Counted from the stretch's first letter, positions 48,501-63,500 are shown. The stretch is 64,000 nucleotides of DNA from Balanoglossus misakiensis (GCA_040954595.2 CM082593.2:8501100-8565099); one strand, 5' to 3'. A program made the numbers and translations. The notes: a model not told the origin generated them from the letters alone.

Positions 48501-51500
48501 CTTTCAGCCTGTCTTAGGTCACCACTTCATAAGCGGTCTTACCCGTCATGGGCACAAACAGTCTCATGAAGTAAGCTTTCAGCCTACCAATGTAGCTATT
48601 ATATTTTCCACTTTTTGTAAGTGAAGCCTGACTGTCGCCTGTCTTAGGTCACCACTTCATAAGCGGTCTTACCCGTCATGGGCACAAACAGTCTCAGGAA
48701 GTAAGCTTTCAGCCTGTCTTAGGTCACCACTTCATAAGCGGTCTTACCCGTCATGGGCACAAACAGTCTCAGGAAGTAAGCTTTCAGCCTACCAATGTAG
48801 CTATTATATTTTCCAGTTTTTGTAAGTGAAGCCTGACTGTCGCCTGTCTTAGGTCACCACTTCATAAGCGGTCTTACCCGTCATGGGCACAAACAGTCTC
48901 AGGAAGTAAGCTTTCAGCCTACCAATGTAAGCTATTATATTTTCCACTTTTTGTAAGTGAAGCCTGACTGTCGCCTGTCTTAGGTCACCACTTCATAAGC
49001 GGTCTTACCCGTCATGGGCACAAACAGTCTCAGGAAGTAAGCTTTCAGCCTACCAATGTAGCTATTATATTTTCCACTTTTTGTAAGTGAAGCCTGACTG
49101 TCGCCTGTCTTAGGTCACCACTTCGTAAGCGGTCTTACCCGTCATGGGCACAAACAGTCTCAGGAAGTAAGCCCTCAGCCTACCAATGTAGCTATTATAT
49201 TTTCCACTTTTTGTAAGTGAAGCCTGACTGTCGCCTGTCTTAGGTCACCACTTCATAAGCGGTCTTACCCGTCATGGGCACAAACAGTCTCAGGAAGTAA
49301 GCTTTCAGCCTACCAATGTAGCTATTATATTTTCCACTTTTTGTAAGTGAAGCCTGACTGTCGCCTGTCTTAGGTCACCACTTCATAAGCGGTCTTACCC
49401 GTCATGGGCACAAACAGTCTCAGGAAGTAAGCTTTCAGCCTGTCTTAGGTCACCACTTCATAAGCGGTCTTACCCGTCATGGGCACAAACAGTCTCATGA
49501 AGTAAGCTTTCAGCCTACCAATGTAGCTATTATATTTTCCACTTTTTGTAAGTGAAGCCTGACTGTCGCCTGTCTTAGGTCACCACTTCACAAGCGGTCT
49601 TACCCGTCATGGGCACAAACAGTCTCAGGAAGTAAGCTTTCAGCCTACCAATGTAGCTATTATATTTTCCACTTTTTGTAAGTGAAGCCTGACTGTCGCC
49701 TGTCTTAGGTCACCACTTCACAAGCGGTCTTACCCGTCATGGGCACAAACGCTCTCAGGAAGTAAGCTTTCAGCCTACCAATGTAGCTATTATATTTTCC
49801 ACTTTTTGTAAGTGAAGCCTGACTGTCGCCTGTCTTAGGTCACCACTTCACAAGCGGTCTTACCCGTCATGGGCACAAACATTCTCAGGAAGTAAGCTTT
49901 CAGCCTACCAATGTAGCTATTATATTTTCCACTTTTTGTAAGTGAAGCCTGACTGTCGCCTGTCTTAGGTCACCACTTCACAAGCGGTCTTACCCGTCAT
50001 GGGCACAAACAGTCTCAGGAAGTAAGCTTTCAGCCTACCAATGTAGCTATTATATTTTCCACTTTTTGTAAGTGAAGCCTGACTGTCGCCTGTCTTAGGT
50101 CACCACTTCACAAGCGGTCTTACCCGTCATGGGCACAAACAGTCTCAGGAAGTAAGCTTTCAGCCTACCAATGTAGCTATTATATTTTCCACTTTTTGTA
50201 AGTGAAGCCTGACTGTCGCCTGTCTTAGGTCACCACTTCACAAGCGGTCTTACCCGTCATGGGCACAAACAGTCTCAGGAAGTAAGCTTTCAGCCTACCA
50301 ATGTAGCTATTATATTTTCCACTTTTTGTAAGTGAAGCCTGACTGTCGCCTGTCTTAGGTCACCACTTCACAAGCGGTCTTACCCGTCATGGGCACAAAC
50401 AGTCTCAGGAAGTAAGCTTTCAGCCTACCAATGTAGCTATTATATTTTCCACTTTTTGTAAGTGAAGCCTGACTGTCGCCTGTCTTAGGTCACCACTTCA
50501 CAAGCGGTCTTACCCGTCATGGGCACAAACAGTCTCAGGAAGTAAGCTTTCAGCCTACCCTATTATATTTTCCACTTTTTGTAAGTGAAGCCTGACTGTC
50601 GCCTGTCTTAGGTCACCACTTCACAAGCGGTCTTACCCGTCATGGGCACAAACAGTCTCAGGAAGTAAGCTTTCAGCCTACCAATGTAGCTATTATATTT
50701 TCCACTTTTTGTAAGTGAAGCCTGACTGTCGCCTGTCTTAGGTCACCACTTCACAAGCGGTCTTACCCGTCATGGGCACAAACAGTCTCAGGAAGTAAGC
50801 TTTCAGCCTACCAATGTAGCTCTTATATTTTCCACTTTTTGTAAGTGAAGCCTGACTGTCGCCTGTCTTAGGTCACCACTTCACAAGCGGTCTTACCCGT
50901 CATGGGCACAAACAGTCTCAGGAAGTAAGCTTTCAGCCTACCAATGTAGCTCTTATATTTTCCACTTTTTGTAAGTGAAGCCTGACTGTCGCCTGTCTTA
51001 GGTCACCACTTCATAAGCGGTCTTACCCGTCATGGGCACAAACAGTCTCAGGAAGTAAGCTTTCAGCCTGTCTTAGGTCACCACTTCATAAGCGGTCTTA
51101 CCCGTCATGGGCACAAACAGTCTCATGAAGTAAGCTTTCAGCCTACCAATGTAGCTATTATATTTTCCACTTTTTGTAAGTGAAGCCTGACTGTCGCCTG
51201 TCTTAGGTCACCACTTCATAAGCGGTCTTACCCGTCATGGGCACAAACAGTCTCAGGAAGTAAGCTTTCAGCCTGTCTTAGGTCACCACTTCATAAGCGG
51301 TCTTACCCGTCATGGGCACAAACAGTCTCAGGAAGTAAGCTTTCAGCCTACCAATGTAGCTATTATATTTTCCAGTTTTTGTAAGTGAAGCCTGACTGTC
51401 GCCTGTCTTAGGTCACCACTTCATAAGCGGTCTTACCCGTCATGGGCACAAACAGTCTCAGGAAGTAAGCTTTCAGCCTACCAATGTAGCTATTATATTT

Positions 51501-54500
51501 TCCACTTTTTGTAAGTGAAGCCTGACTGTCGCCTGTCTTAGGTCACCACTTCATAAGCGGTCTTACCCGTCATGGGCACAAACAGTCTCAGGAAGTAAGC
51601 TTTCAGCCTACCAATGTAGCTATTATATTTTCCACTTTTTGTAAGTGAAGCCTGACTGTCGCCTGTCTTAGGTCACCACTTCGTAAGCGGTCTTACCCGT
51701 CATGGGCACAAACAGTCTCAGGAAGTAAGCCTTCAGCCTACCAATGTAGCTATTATATTTTCCACTTTTTGTAAGTGAAGCCTGACTGTCGCCTGTCTTA
51801 GGTCACCACTTCATAAGCGGTCTTACCCGTCATGGGCACAAACAGTCTCAGGAAGTAAGCTTTCAGCCTACCAATGTAGCTATTATTATTTTCCACTTTT
51901 TGTAAGTGAAGCCTGACTGTCGCCTGTCTTAGGTCACCACTTCATAAGCGGTCTTACCCGTCATGGGCACAAACAGTCTCAGGAAGTAAGCTTTCAGCCT
52001 GTCTTAGGTCACCACTTCATAAGCGGTCTTACCCGTCATGGGCACAAACAGTCTCATGAAGTAAGCTTTCAGCCTACCAATGTAGCTATTATATTTTCCA
52101 CTTTTTGTAAGTGAAGCCTGACTGTCGCCTGTCTTAGGTCACCACTTCACAAGCGGTCTTACCCGTCATGGGCACAAACAGTCTCAGGAAGTAAGCTTTC
52201 AGCCTACCAATGTAGCTATTATATTTTCCACTTTTTGTAAGTGAAGCCTGACTGTCGCCTGTCTTAGGTCACCACTTCACAAGCGGTCTTACCCGTCATG
52301 GGCACAAACATTCTCAGGAAGTAAGCTTTCAGCCTACCAATGTAGCTATTATTTTTCCACTTTTTGTAAGTGAAGCCTGACTGTCGCCTGTCTTAGGTCA
52401 CCACTTTCACAAGCGGTCTTACCCGTCATGGGCACAAACATTCTAAGGAAGTAAGCTTTCAGCCTACCAATGTAGCTATTATATTTTCCACTTTTTGTAA
52501 GTGAAGCCTGACTGTCGCCTGTCTTAGGTCACCACTTCACAAGCGGTCTTACCCGTCATGGGCACAAACAGTCTCAGGAAGTAAGCTTTCAGCCTACCAA
52601 TGTAGCTATTATATTTTCCACTTTTTGTAAGTGAAGCCTGACTGTCGCCTGTCTTAGGTCACCACTTCACAAGCGGTCTTACCCGTCATGGGCACAAACA
52701 GTCTCAGGAAGTAAGCTTTCAGCCTACCAATGTAGCTATTATATTTTCCACTTTTTGTAAGTGAAGCCTGACTGTCGCCTGTCTTAGGTCACCACTTCAC
52801 AAGCGGTCTTACCCGTCATGGGCACAAACAGTCTCAGGAAGTAAGCTTTCAGCCTACCAATGTAGCTATTATATTTTCCACTTTTTGTAAGTGAAGCCTG
52901 ACTGTCGCCTGTCTTAGGTCACCACTTCACAAGCGGTCTTACCCGTCATGGGCACAAACAGTCTCAGGAAGTAAGCTTTCAGCCTACCAATGTAGCTATT
53001 ATATTTTCCACTTTTTGTAAGTGAAGCCTGACTGTCGCCTGTCTTAGGTCACCACTTCACAAGCGGTCTTACCCGTCATGGGCACAAACAGTCTCAGGAA
53101 GTAAGCTTTCAGCCTACCAATGTAGCTATTATATTTTCCACTTTTTGTAAGTGAAGCCTGACTGTCGCCTGTCTTAGGTCACCACTTCACAAGCGGTCTT
53201 ACCCGTCATGGGCACAAACAGTCTCAGGAAGTAAGCTTTCAGCCTACCAATGTAGCTATTATATTTTCCACTTTTTGTAAGTGAAGCCTGACTGTCGCCT
53301 GTCTTAGGTCACCACTTCACAAGCGGTCTTACCCGTCATGGGCACAAACAGTCTCAGGAAGTAAGCTTTCAGCCTACCAATGTAGCTCTTATATTTTCCA
53401 CTTTTTGTAAGTGAAGCCTGACTGTCGCCTGTCTTAGGTCACCACTTCACAAGCGGTCTTACCCGTCATGGGCACAAACAGTCTCAGGAAGTAAGCTTTC
53501 AGCCTACCAATGTAGCTCTTATATTTTCCACTTTTTGTAAGTGAAGCCTGACTGTCGCCTGTCTTAGGTCACCACTTCGTAAGCGGTCTTACCCGTCATG
53601 GGCACAAACAGTCTCAGGAAGTAAGCTTTCAGCCTACCAATGTAGCTATTATATTTTCCACTTTTTGTAAGTGAAGCCTGACTGTCGCCTGTCTTAGGTC
53701 ACCACTTCACAAGCGGTCTTACCCGTCATGGGCACAAACAGTCTCAGGAAGTAAGCTTTCAGCCTACCAATGTAGCTATTATATTTTCCACTTTTTGTAA
53801 GTGAAGCCTGACTGTCGCCTGTCTTAGGTCACCACTTCACAAGCGGTCTTACCCGTCATGGGCACAAACAGTCTCAGGAAGTAAGCTTTCAGCCTACCAA
53901 TGTAGCTCTTATATTTTCCACTTTTTGTAAGTGAAGCCTGACTGTCGCCTGTCTTAGGTCACCACTTCACAAGCGGTCTTACCCGTCATGGGCACAAACA
54001 TTCTCAGGAAGTAAGCTTTCAGCCTACCAATGTAGCTATTATATTTTCCACTTTTTGTAAGTGAAGCCTGACTGTCGCCTGTCTTAGGTCACCACTTCAC
54101 AAGCGGTCTTACCCGTCATGGGCACAAACATTCTCAGGAAGTAAGCTTTCAGCCTACCAATGTAGCTATTATATTTTCCACTTTTTGTAAGTGAAGCCTG
54201 ACTGTCGCCTGTCTTAGGTCACCACTTCACAAGCGGTCTTACCCGTCATGGGCACAAACAGTCTCAGGAAGTAAGCTTTCAGCCTACCAATGTAGCTATT
54301 ATATTTTCCACTTTTTGTAAGTGAAGCCTGACTGTCGCCTGTCTTAGGTCACCACTTCACAAGCGGTCTTACCCGTCATGGGCACAAACAGTCTCAGGAA
54401 GTAAGCTTTCAGCCTACCAATGTAGCTATTATATTTTCCACTTTTTGTAAGTGAAGCCTGACTGTCGCCTGTCTTAGGTCACCACTTCACAAGCGGTCTT

Positions 54501-57500
54501 ACCCGTCATGGGCACAAACAGTCTCAGGAAGTAAGCTTTCAGCCTACCAATGTAGCTATTATATTTCCACTTTTTGTAAGTGAAGCCTGACTGTCGCCTG
54601 TCTTAGGTCACCACTTCACAAGCGGTCTTACCCGTCATGGGCACAAACAGTCTCAGGAAGTAAGCTTTCAGCCTACCAATGTAGCTATTATATTTTCCAC
54701 TTTTTGTAAGTGAAGCCTGACTGTCGCCTGTCTTAGGTCACCACTTCACAAGCGGTCTTACCCGTCATGGGCACAAACAGTCTCAGGAAGTAAGCTTTCA
54801 GCCTACCAATGTAGCTATTATATTTTCCACTTTTTGTAAGTGAAGCCTGACTGTCGCCTGTCTTAGGTCACCACTTCACAAGCGGTCTTACCCGTCATGG
54901 GCACAAACAGTCTCAGGAAGTAAGCTTTCAGCCTACCAATGTAGCTATTATATTTTCCACTTTTTGTAAGTGAAGCCTGACTGTCGCCTGTCTTAGGTCA
55001 CCACTTCACAAGCGGTCTTACCCGTCATGGGCACAAACAGTCTCAGGAAGTAAGCTTTCAGCCTACCAATGTAGCTATTATATTTTCCACTTTTGTAAGT
55101 GAAGCCTGACTGTCGCCTGTCTTAGGTCACCACTTCACAAGCGGTCTTACCCGTCATGGGCACAAACAGTCTCAGGAAGTAAGCTTTCAGCCTACCAATG
55201 TAGCTCTTATATTTTCCACTTTTTGTAAGTGAAGCCTGACTGTCGCCTGTCTTAGGTCACCACTTCACAAGCGGTCTTACCCGTCATGGGCACAAACAGT
55301 CTCAGGAAGTAAGCTTTCAGCCTACCAATGTAGCTCTTATATTTTCCACTTTTTGTAAGTGAAGCCTGGACTGTCGCCTGTCTTAGGTCACCACTTCATA
55401 AGCGGTCTTACCCGTCATGGGCACAAACAGTCTCAGGAAGTAAGCTTTCAGCCTACCAATGTAGCTATTATATTTTCCACTTTTTGTAAGTGAAGCCTGA
55501 CTGTCGCCTGTCTTAGGTCACCACTTCACAAGCGGTCTTACCCGTCATGGGCACAAACAGTCTCAGGAAGTAAGCTTTCAGCCTACCAATGTAGCTATTA
55601 TATTTTCCACTTTTTGTAAGTGAAGCCTGACTGTCGCCTGTCTTAGGTCACCACTTCACAAGCGGTCTTACCCGTCATGGGCACAAACAGTCTCAGGAAG
55701 TAAGCTTTCAGCCTACCAATGTAGCTCTTATATTTTCCACTTTTTGTAAGTGAAGCCTGACTGTCGCCTGTCTTAGGTCACCACTTCACAAGCGGTCTTA
55801 CCCGTCATGGGCACAAACATTCTCAGGAAGTAAGCTTTCAGCCTACCAATGTAGCTATTATATTTTCCACTTTTTGTAAGTGAAGCCTGACTGTCGCCTG
55901 TCTTAGGTCACCACTTCACAAGCGGTCTTACCCGTCATGGGCACAAACAGTCTCAGGAAGTAAGCTTTCAGCCTACCAATGTAGCTATTATATTTTCCAC
56001 TTTTTGTAAGTGAAGCCTGACTGTCGCCTGTCTTAGGTCACCACTTCACAAGCGGTCTTACCCGTCATGGGCACAAACAGTCTCAGGAAGTAAGCTTTCA
56101 GCCTACCAATGTAGCTATTATATTTTCCACTTTTTGTAAGTGAAGCCTGACTGTCGCCTGTCTTAGGTCACCACTTCACAAGCGGTCTTACCCGTCATGG
56201 GCACAAACAGTCTCAGGAAGTAAGCTTTCAGCCTACCAATGTAGCTATTATATTTTCCACTTTTTGTAAGTGAAGCCTGACTGTCGCCTGTCTTAGGTCA
56301 CCACTTCACAAGCGGTCTTACCCGTCATGGGCACAAACAGTCTCAGGAAGTAAGCTTTCAGCCTACCAATGTAGCTATTATATTTTCCACTTTTTGTAAG
56401 TGAAGCCTGACTGTCGCCTGTCTTAGGTCACCACTTCACAAGCGGTCTTACCCGTCATGGCACAAACAGTCTCAGGAAGTAAGCTTTCAGCCCTACCAAT
56501 GTAGCTATTATATTTTCCACTTTTTGTAAGTGAAGCCTGACTGTCGCCTGTCTTAGGTCACCACTTCACAAGCGGTCTTACCCGTCATGGGCACAAACAG
56601 TCTCAGGAAGTAAGCTTTCAGCCTACCAATGTAGCTATTATATTTTCCACTTTTTGTAAGTGAAGCCTGACTGTCGCCTGTCTTAGGTCACCACTTCACA
56701 AGCGGTCTTACCCGTCATGGGCACAAACAGTCTCAGGAAGTAAGCTTTCAGCCTACCAATGTAGCTATTATATTTTCCACTTTTTGTAATTGAAGCCTGA
56801 CTGTCGCCTGTCTTAGGTCACCACTTCACAAGCGGTCTTACCCGTCATGGGCACAAACAGTCTCAGGAAGTAAGCTTTCAGCCTACCAATGTAGCTCTTA
56901 TATTTTCCACTTTTTGTAAGTGAAGCCTGACTGTCGCCTGTCTTAGGTCACCACTTCACAAGCGGTCTTACCCGTCATGGGCACAAACAGTCTCAGGAAG
57001 TAAGCTTTCAGCCTACCAATGTAGCTCTTATATTTTCCACTTTTTGTAAGTGAAGCCTGACTGTCGCCTGTCTTAGGTCACCACTTCACAAGCGGTCTTA
57101 CCCGTCATGGGCACAAACAGTCTCAGGAAGTAAGCTTTCAGCCTACCAATGTAGCTATTATATTTTCCACTTTTTGTAAGTGAAGCCTGACTGTCGCCTG
57201 TCTTAGGTCACCACTTCACAAGCGGTCTTACCCGTCATGGGCACAAACAGTCTCAGGAAGTAAGCTTTCAGCCTACCAATGTAGCTATTATATTTTCCAC
57301 TTTTTGTAAGTGAAGCCTGACTGTCGCCTGTCTTAGGTCACCACTTCACAAGCGGTCTTACCCGTCATGGGCACAAACAGTCTCAGGAAGTAAGCTTTCA
57401 GCCTACCAATGTAGCTCTTATATTTTCCACTTTTTGTAAGTGAAGCCTGACTGTCGCCTGTCTTAGGTCACCACTTCACAAGCGGTCTTACCCGTCATGG

Positions 57501-60500
57501 GCACAAACAGTCTCAGGAAGTAAGCTTTCAGCCTACCAATGTAGCTATTATATTTTCCACTTTTTGTAAGTGAAGCCTGACTGTCGCCTGTCTTAGGTCA
57601 CCACTTCACAAGCGGTCTTACCCGTCATGGGCACAAACAGTCTCAGGAAGTAAGCTTTCAGCCTACCAATGTAGCTATTATATTTTCCACTTTTTGTAAG
57701 TGAAGCCTGACTGTCGCCTGTCTTAGGTCACCACTTCACAAGCGGTCTTACCCGTCATGGGCACAAACAGTCTCAGGAAGTAAGCTTTCAGCCTACCAAT
57801 GTAGCTATTATATTTTCCACTTTTTGTAAGTGAAGCCTGACTGTCGCCTGTCTTAGGTCACCACTTCACAAGCGGTCTTACCCGTCATGGGCACAAACAG
57901 TCTCAGGAAGTAAGCTTTCAGCCTACCAATGTAGCTCTTATATTTTCCACTTTTTGTAAGTGAAGCCTGACTGTCGCCTGTCTTAGGTCACCACTTCACA
58001 AGCGGTCTTACCCGTCATGGGCACAAACATTCTCAGGAAGTAAGCTTTCAGCCTACCAATGTAGCTATTATATTTTCCACTTTTTGTAAGTGAAGCCTGA
58101 CTGTCGCCTGTCTTAGGTCACCACTTCACAAGCGGTCTTACCCGTCATGGGCACAAACAGTCTCAGGAAGTAAGCTTTCAGCCTACCAATGTAGCTATTA
58201 TATTTTCCACTTTTTGTAAGTGAAGCCTGACTGTCGCCTGTCTTAGGTCACCACTTCACAAGCGGTCTTACCCGTCATGGGCACAAACAGTCTCAGGAAG
58301 TAAGCTTTCAGCCTACCAATGTAGCTATTATATTTTCCACTTTTTGTAAGTGAAGCCTGACTGTCGCCTGTCTTAGGTCACCACTTCACAAGCGGTCTTA
58401 CCCGTCATGGGCACAAACAGTCTCAGGAAGTAAGCTTTCAGCCTACCAATGTAGCTATTATATTTTCCACTTTTTGTAAGTGAAGCCTGACTGTCGCCTG
58501 TCTTAGGTCACCACTTCACAAGCGGTCTTACCCGTCATGGGCACAAACAGTCTCAGGAAGTAAGCTTTCAGCCTACCAATGTAGCTATTATATTTTCCAC
58601 TTTTTGTAAGTGAAGCCTGACTGTCGCCTGTCTTAGGTCACCACTTCACAAGCGGTCTTACCCGTCATGGGCACAAACAGTCTCAGGAAGTAAGCTTTCA
58701 GCCTACCAATGTAGCTATTATATTTTCCACTTTTTGTAAGTGAAGCCTGACTGTCGCCTGTCTTAGGTCACCACTTCACAAGCGGTCTTACCCGTCATGG
58801 GCACAAACAGTCTCAGGAAGTAAGCTTTCAGCCTACCAATGTAGCTATTATATTTTCCACTTTTTGTAAGTGAAGCCTGACTGTCGCCTGTCTTAGGTCA
58901 CCACTTCACAAGCGGTCTTACCCGTCATGGGCACAAACAGTCTCAGGAAGTAAGCTTTCAGCCTACCAATGTAGCTATTATATTTTCCACTTTTGTAAGT
59001 GAAGCCTGACTGTCGCCTGTCTTAGGTCACCACTTCACAAGCGGTCTTACCCGTCATGGGCACAAACAGTCTCAGGAAGTAAGCTTTCAGCCTACCAATG
59101 TAGCTCTTATATTTTCCACTTTTTGTAAGTGAAGCCTGACTGTCGCCTGTCTTAGGTCACCACTTCACAAGCGGTCTTACCCGTCATGGGCACAAACAGT
59201 CTCAGGAAGTAAGCTTTCAGCCTACCAATGTAGCTCTTATATTTTCCACTTTTTGTAAGTGAAGCCTGACTGTCGCCTGTCTTAGGTCACCACTTCACAA
59301 GCGGTCTTACCCGTCATGGGCACAAACAGTCTCAGGAAGTAAGCTTTCAGCCTACCAATGTAGCTATTATATTTTCCACTTTTTGTAAGTGAAGCCTGAC
59401 TGTCGCCTGTCTTAGGTCACCACTTCACAAGCGGTCTTACCCGTCATGGGCACAAACAGTCTCAGGAAGTAAGCTTTCAGCCTACCAATGTAGCTATTAT
59501 ATTTTCCACTTTTTGTAAGTGAAGCCTGACTGTCGCCTGTCTTAGGTCACCACTTCACAAGCGGTCTTACCCGTCATGGGCACAAACAGTCTCAGGAAGT
59601 AAGCTTTCAGCCTACCAATGTAGCTCTTATATTTTCCACTTTTTGTAAGTGAAGCCTGACTGTCGCCTGTCTTAGGTCACCACTTCACAAGCGGTCTTAC
59701 CCGTCATGGGCACAAACATTCTCAGGAAGTAAGCTTTCAGCCTACCAATGTAGCTATTATATTTTCCACTTTTTGTAAGTGAAGCCTGACTGTCGCCTGT
59801 CTTAGGTCACCACTTCACAAGCGGTCTTACCCGTCATGGGCACAAACAGTCTCAGGAAGTAAGCTTTCAGCCTACCAATGTAGCTATTATATTTTCCACT
59901 TTTTGTAAGTGAAGCCTGACTGTCGCCTGTCTTAGGTCACCACTTCACAAGCGGTCTTACCCGTCATGGGCACAAACAGTCTCAGGAAGTAAGCTTTCAG
60001 CCTACCAATGTAGCTATTATATTTTCCACTTTTTGTAAGTGAAGCCTGACTGTCGCCTGTCTTAGGTCACCACTTCACAAGCGGTCTTACCCGTCATGGG
60101 CACAAACAGTCTCAGGAAGTAAGCTTTCAGCCTACCAATGTAGCTATTATATTTTCCACTTTTTGTAAGTGAAGCCTGACTGTCGCCTGTCTTAGGTCAC
60201 CACTTCACAAGCGGTCTTACCCGTCATGGGCACAAACAGTCTCAGGAAGTAAGCTTTCAGCCTACCAATGTAGCTATTATATTTTCCACTTTTTGTAAGT
60301 GAAGCCTGACTGTCGCCTGTCTTAGGTCACCACTTCACAAGCGGTCTTACCCGTCATGGGCACAAACAGTCTCAGGAAGTAAGCTTTCAGCCTACCAATG
60401 TAGCTATTATATTTTCCACTTTTTGTAAGTGAAGCCTGACTGTCGCCTGTCTTAGGTCACCACTTCACAAGCGGTCTTACCCGTCATGGGCACAAACAGT

Positions 60501-63500
60501 CTCAGGAAGTAAGCTTTCAGCCTACCAATGTAGCTATTATATTTTCCACTTTTTGTAAGTGAAGCCTGACTGTCGCCTGTCTTAGGTCACCACTTCACAA
60601 GCGGTCTTACCCGTCATGGGCACAAACAGTCTCAGGAAGTAAGCTTTCAGCCTACCAATGTAGCTATTATATTTTCCACTTTTTGTAAGTGAAGCCTGAC
60701 TGTCGCCTGTCTTAGGTCACCACTTCACAAGCGGTCTTACCCGTCATGGGCACAAACAGTCTCAGGAAGTAAGCTTTCAGCCTACCAATGTAGCTCTTAT
60801 ATTTTCCACTTTTTGTAAGTGAAGCCTGACTGTCGCCTGTCTTAGGTCACCACTTCACAAGCGGTCTTACCCGTCATGGGCACAAACAGTCTCAGGAAGT
60901 AAGCTTTCAGCCTACCAATGTAGCTCTTATATTTTCCACTTTTTGTAAGTGAAGCCTGACTGTCGCCTGTCTTAGGTCACCACTTCGTAAGCGGTCTTAC
61001 CCGTCATGGGCACAAACAGTCTCAGGAAGTAAGCTTTCAGCCTACCAATGTAGCTATTATATTTTCCACTTTTTGTAAGTGAAGCCTGACTGTCGCCTGT
61101 CTTAGGTCACCACTTCACAAGCGGTCTTACCCGTCATGGGCACAAACAGTCTCAGGAAGTAAGCTTTCAGCCTACCAATGTAGCTATTATATTTTCCACT
61201 TTTTGTAAGTGAAGCCTGACTGTCGCCTGTCTTAGGTCACCACTTTACAAGCGGTCTTACCCGTCATGGGCACAAACAGTCTCAGGAAGTAAGCTTTCAG
61301 CCTACCAATGTAGCTCTTATATTTTCCACTTTTTGTAAGTGAAGCCTGACTGTCGCCTGTCTTAGGTCACCACTTCACAAGCGGTCTTACCCGTCATGGG
61401 CACAAACATTCTCAGGAAGTAAGCTTTCAGCCTACCAATGTAGCTATTATATTTTCCACTTTTTGTAAGTGAAGCCTGACTGTCGCCTGTCTTAGGTCAC
61501 CACTTCACAAGCGGTCTTACCCGTCATGGGCACAAACATTCTCAGGAAGTAAGCTTTCAGCCTACCAATGTAGCTATTATATTTTCCACTTTTTGTAAGT
61601 GAAGCCTGACTGTCGCCTGTCTTAGGTCACCACTTCATAAGCGGTCTTACCCGTCATGGGCACAAACAGTCTCAGGAAGTAAGCTTTCAGCCTACCAATG
61701 TAGCTATTATATTTTCCACTTTTTGTAAGTGAAGCCTGACTGTCGCCTGTCTTAGGTCACCACTTCGTAAGCGGTCTTACCCGTCATGGGCACAAACAGT
61801 CTCAGGAAGTAAGCCTTCAGCCTACCAATGTAGCTATTATATTTTCCACTTTTTGTAAGTGAAGCCTGACTGTCGCCTGTCTTAGGTCACCACTTCATAA
61901 GCGGTCTTACCCGTCATGGGCACAAACAGTCTCAGGAAGTAAGCTTTCAGCCTACCAATGTAGCTATTATATTTTCCACTTTTTGTAAGTGAAGCCTGAC
62001 TGTCGCCTGTCTTAGGTCACCACTTCATAAGCGGTCTTACCCGTCATGGGCACAAACAGTCTCAGGAAGTAAGCTTTCAGCCTGTCTTAGGTCACCACTT
62101 CATAAGCGGTCTTACCCGTCATGGGCACAAACAGTCTCATGAAGTAAGCTTTCAGCCTACCAATGTAGCTATTATATTTTCCACTTTTTGTAAGTGAAGC
62201 CTGACTGTCGCCTGTCTTAGGTCACCACTTCATAAGCGGTCTTACCCGTCATGGGCACAAACAGTCTCAGGAAGTAAGCTTTCAGCCTGTCTTAGGTCAC
62301 CACTTCATAAGCGGTCTTACCCGTCATGGGCACAAACAGTCTCAGGAAGTAAGCTTTCAGCCTACCAATGTAGCTATTATATTTTCCAGTTTTTGTAAGT
62401 GAAGCCTGACTGTCGCCTGTCTTAGGTCACCACTTCATAAGCGGTCTTACCCGTCATGGGCACAAACAGTCTCAGGAAGTAAGCTTTCAGCCTACCAATG
62501 TAAGCTATTATATTTTCCACTTTTTGTAAGTGAAGCCTGACTGTCGCCTGTCTTAGGTCACCACTTCATAAGCGGTCTTACCCGTCATGGGCACAAACAG
62601 TCTCAGGAAGTAAGCTTTCAGCCTACCAATGTAGCTATTATATTTTCCACTTTTTGTAAGTGAAGCCTGACTGTCGCCTGTCTTAGGTCACCACTTCGCA
62701 AGCGGTCTTACCCCGTCATGGGCACAAACAGTCTCAGGAAGTAAGCCCTCAGCCTACCAATGTAGCTATTATATTTTCCACTTTTTGTAAGTGAAGCCTG
62801 ACTGTCGCCTGTCTTAGGTCACCACTTCATAAGCGGTCTTACCCGTCATGGGCACAAACAGTCTCAGGAAGTAAGCTTTCAGCCTACCAATGTAGCTATT
62901 ATATTTTCCACTTTTTGTAAGTGAAGCCTGACTGTCGCCTGTCTTAGGTCACCACTTCATAAGCGGTCTTACCCGTCATGGGCACAAACAGTCTCAGGAA
63001 GTAAGCTTTCAGCCTGTCTTAGGTCACCACTTCATAAGCGGTCTTACCCGTCATGGGCACAAACAGTCTCATGAAGTAAGCTTTCAGCCTACCAATGTAG
63101 CTATTATATTTTCCACTTTTTGTAAGTGAAGCCTGACTGTCGCCTGTCTTAGGTCACCACTTCACAAGCGGTCTTACCCGTCATGGGCACAAACAGTCTC
63201 AGGAAGTAAGCTTTCAGCCTACCAATGTAGCTATTATATTTTCCACTTTTTGTAAGTGAAGCCTGACTGTCGCCTGTCTTAGGTCACCACTTCACAAGCG
63301 GTCTTACCCGTCATGGGCACAAACAGTCTCAGGAAGTAAGCTTTCAGCCTACCAATGTAGCTATTATATTTTCCACTTTTTGTAAGTGAAGCCTGACTGT
63401 CGCCTGTCTTAGGTCACCACTTCACAAGCGGTCTTACCCGTCATGGGCACAAACATTCTCAGGAAGTAAGCTTTCAGCCTACCAATGTAGCTATTATATT

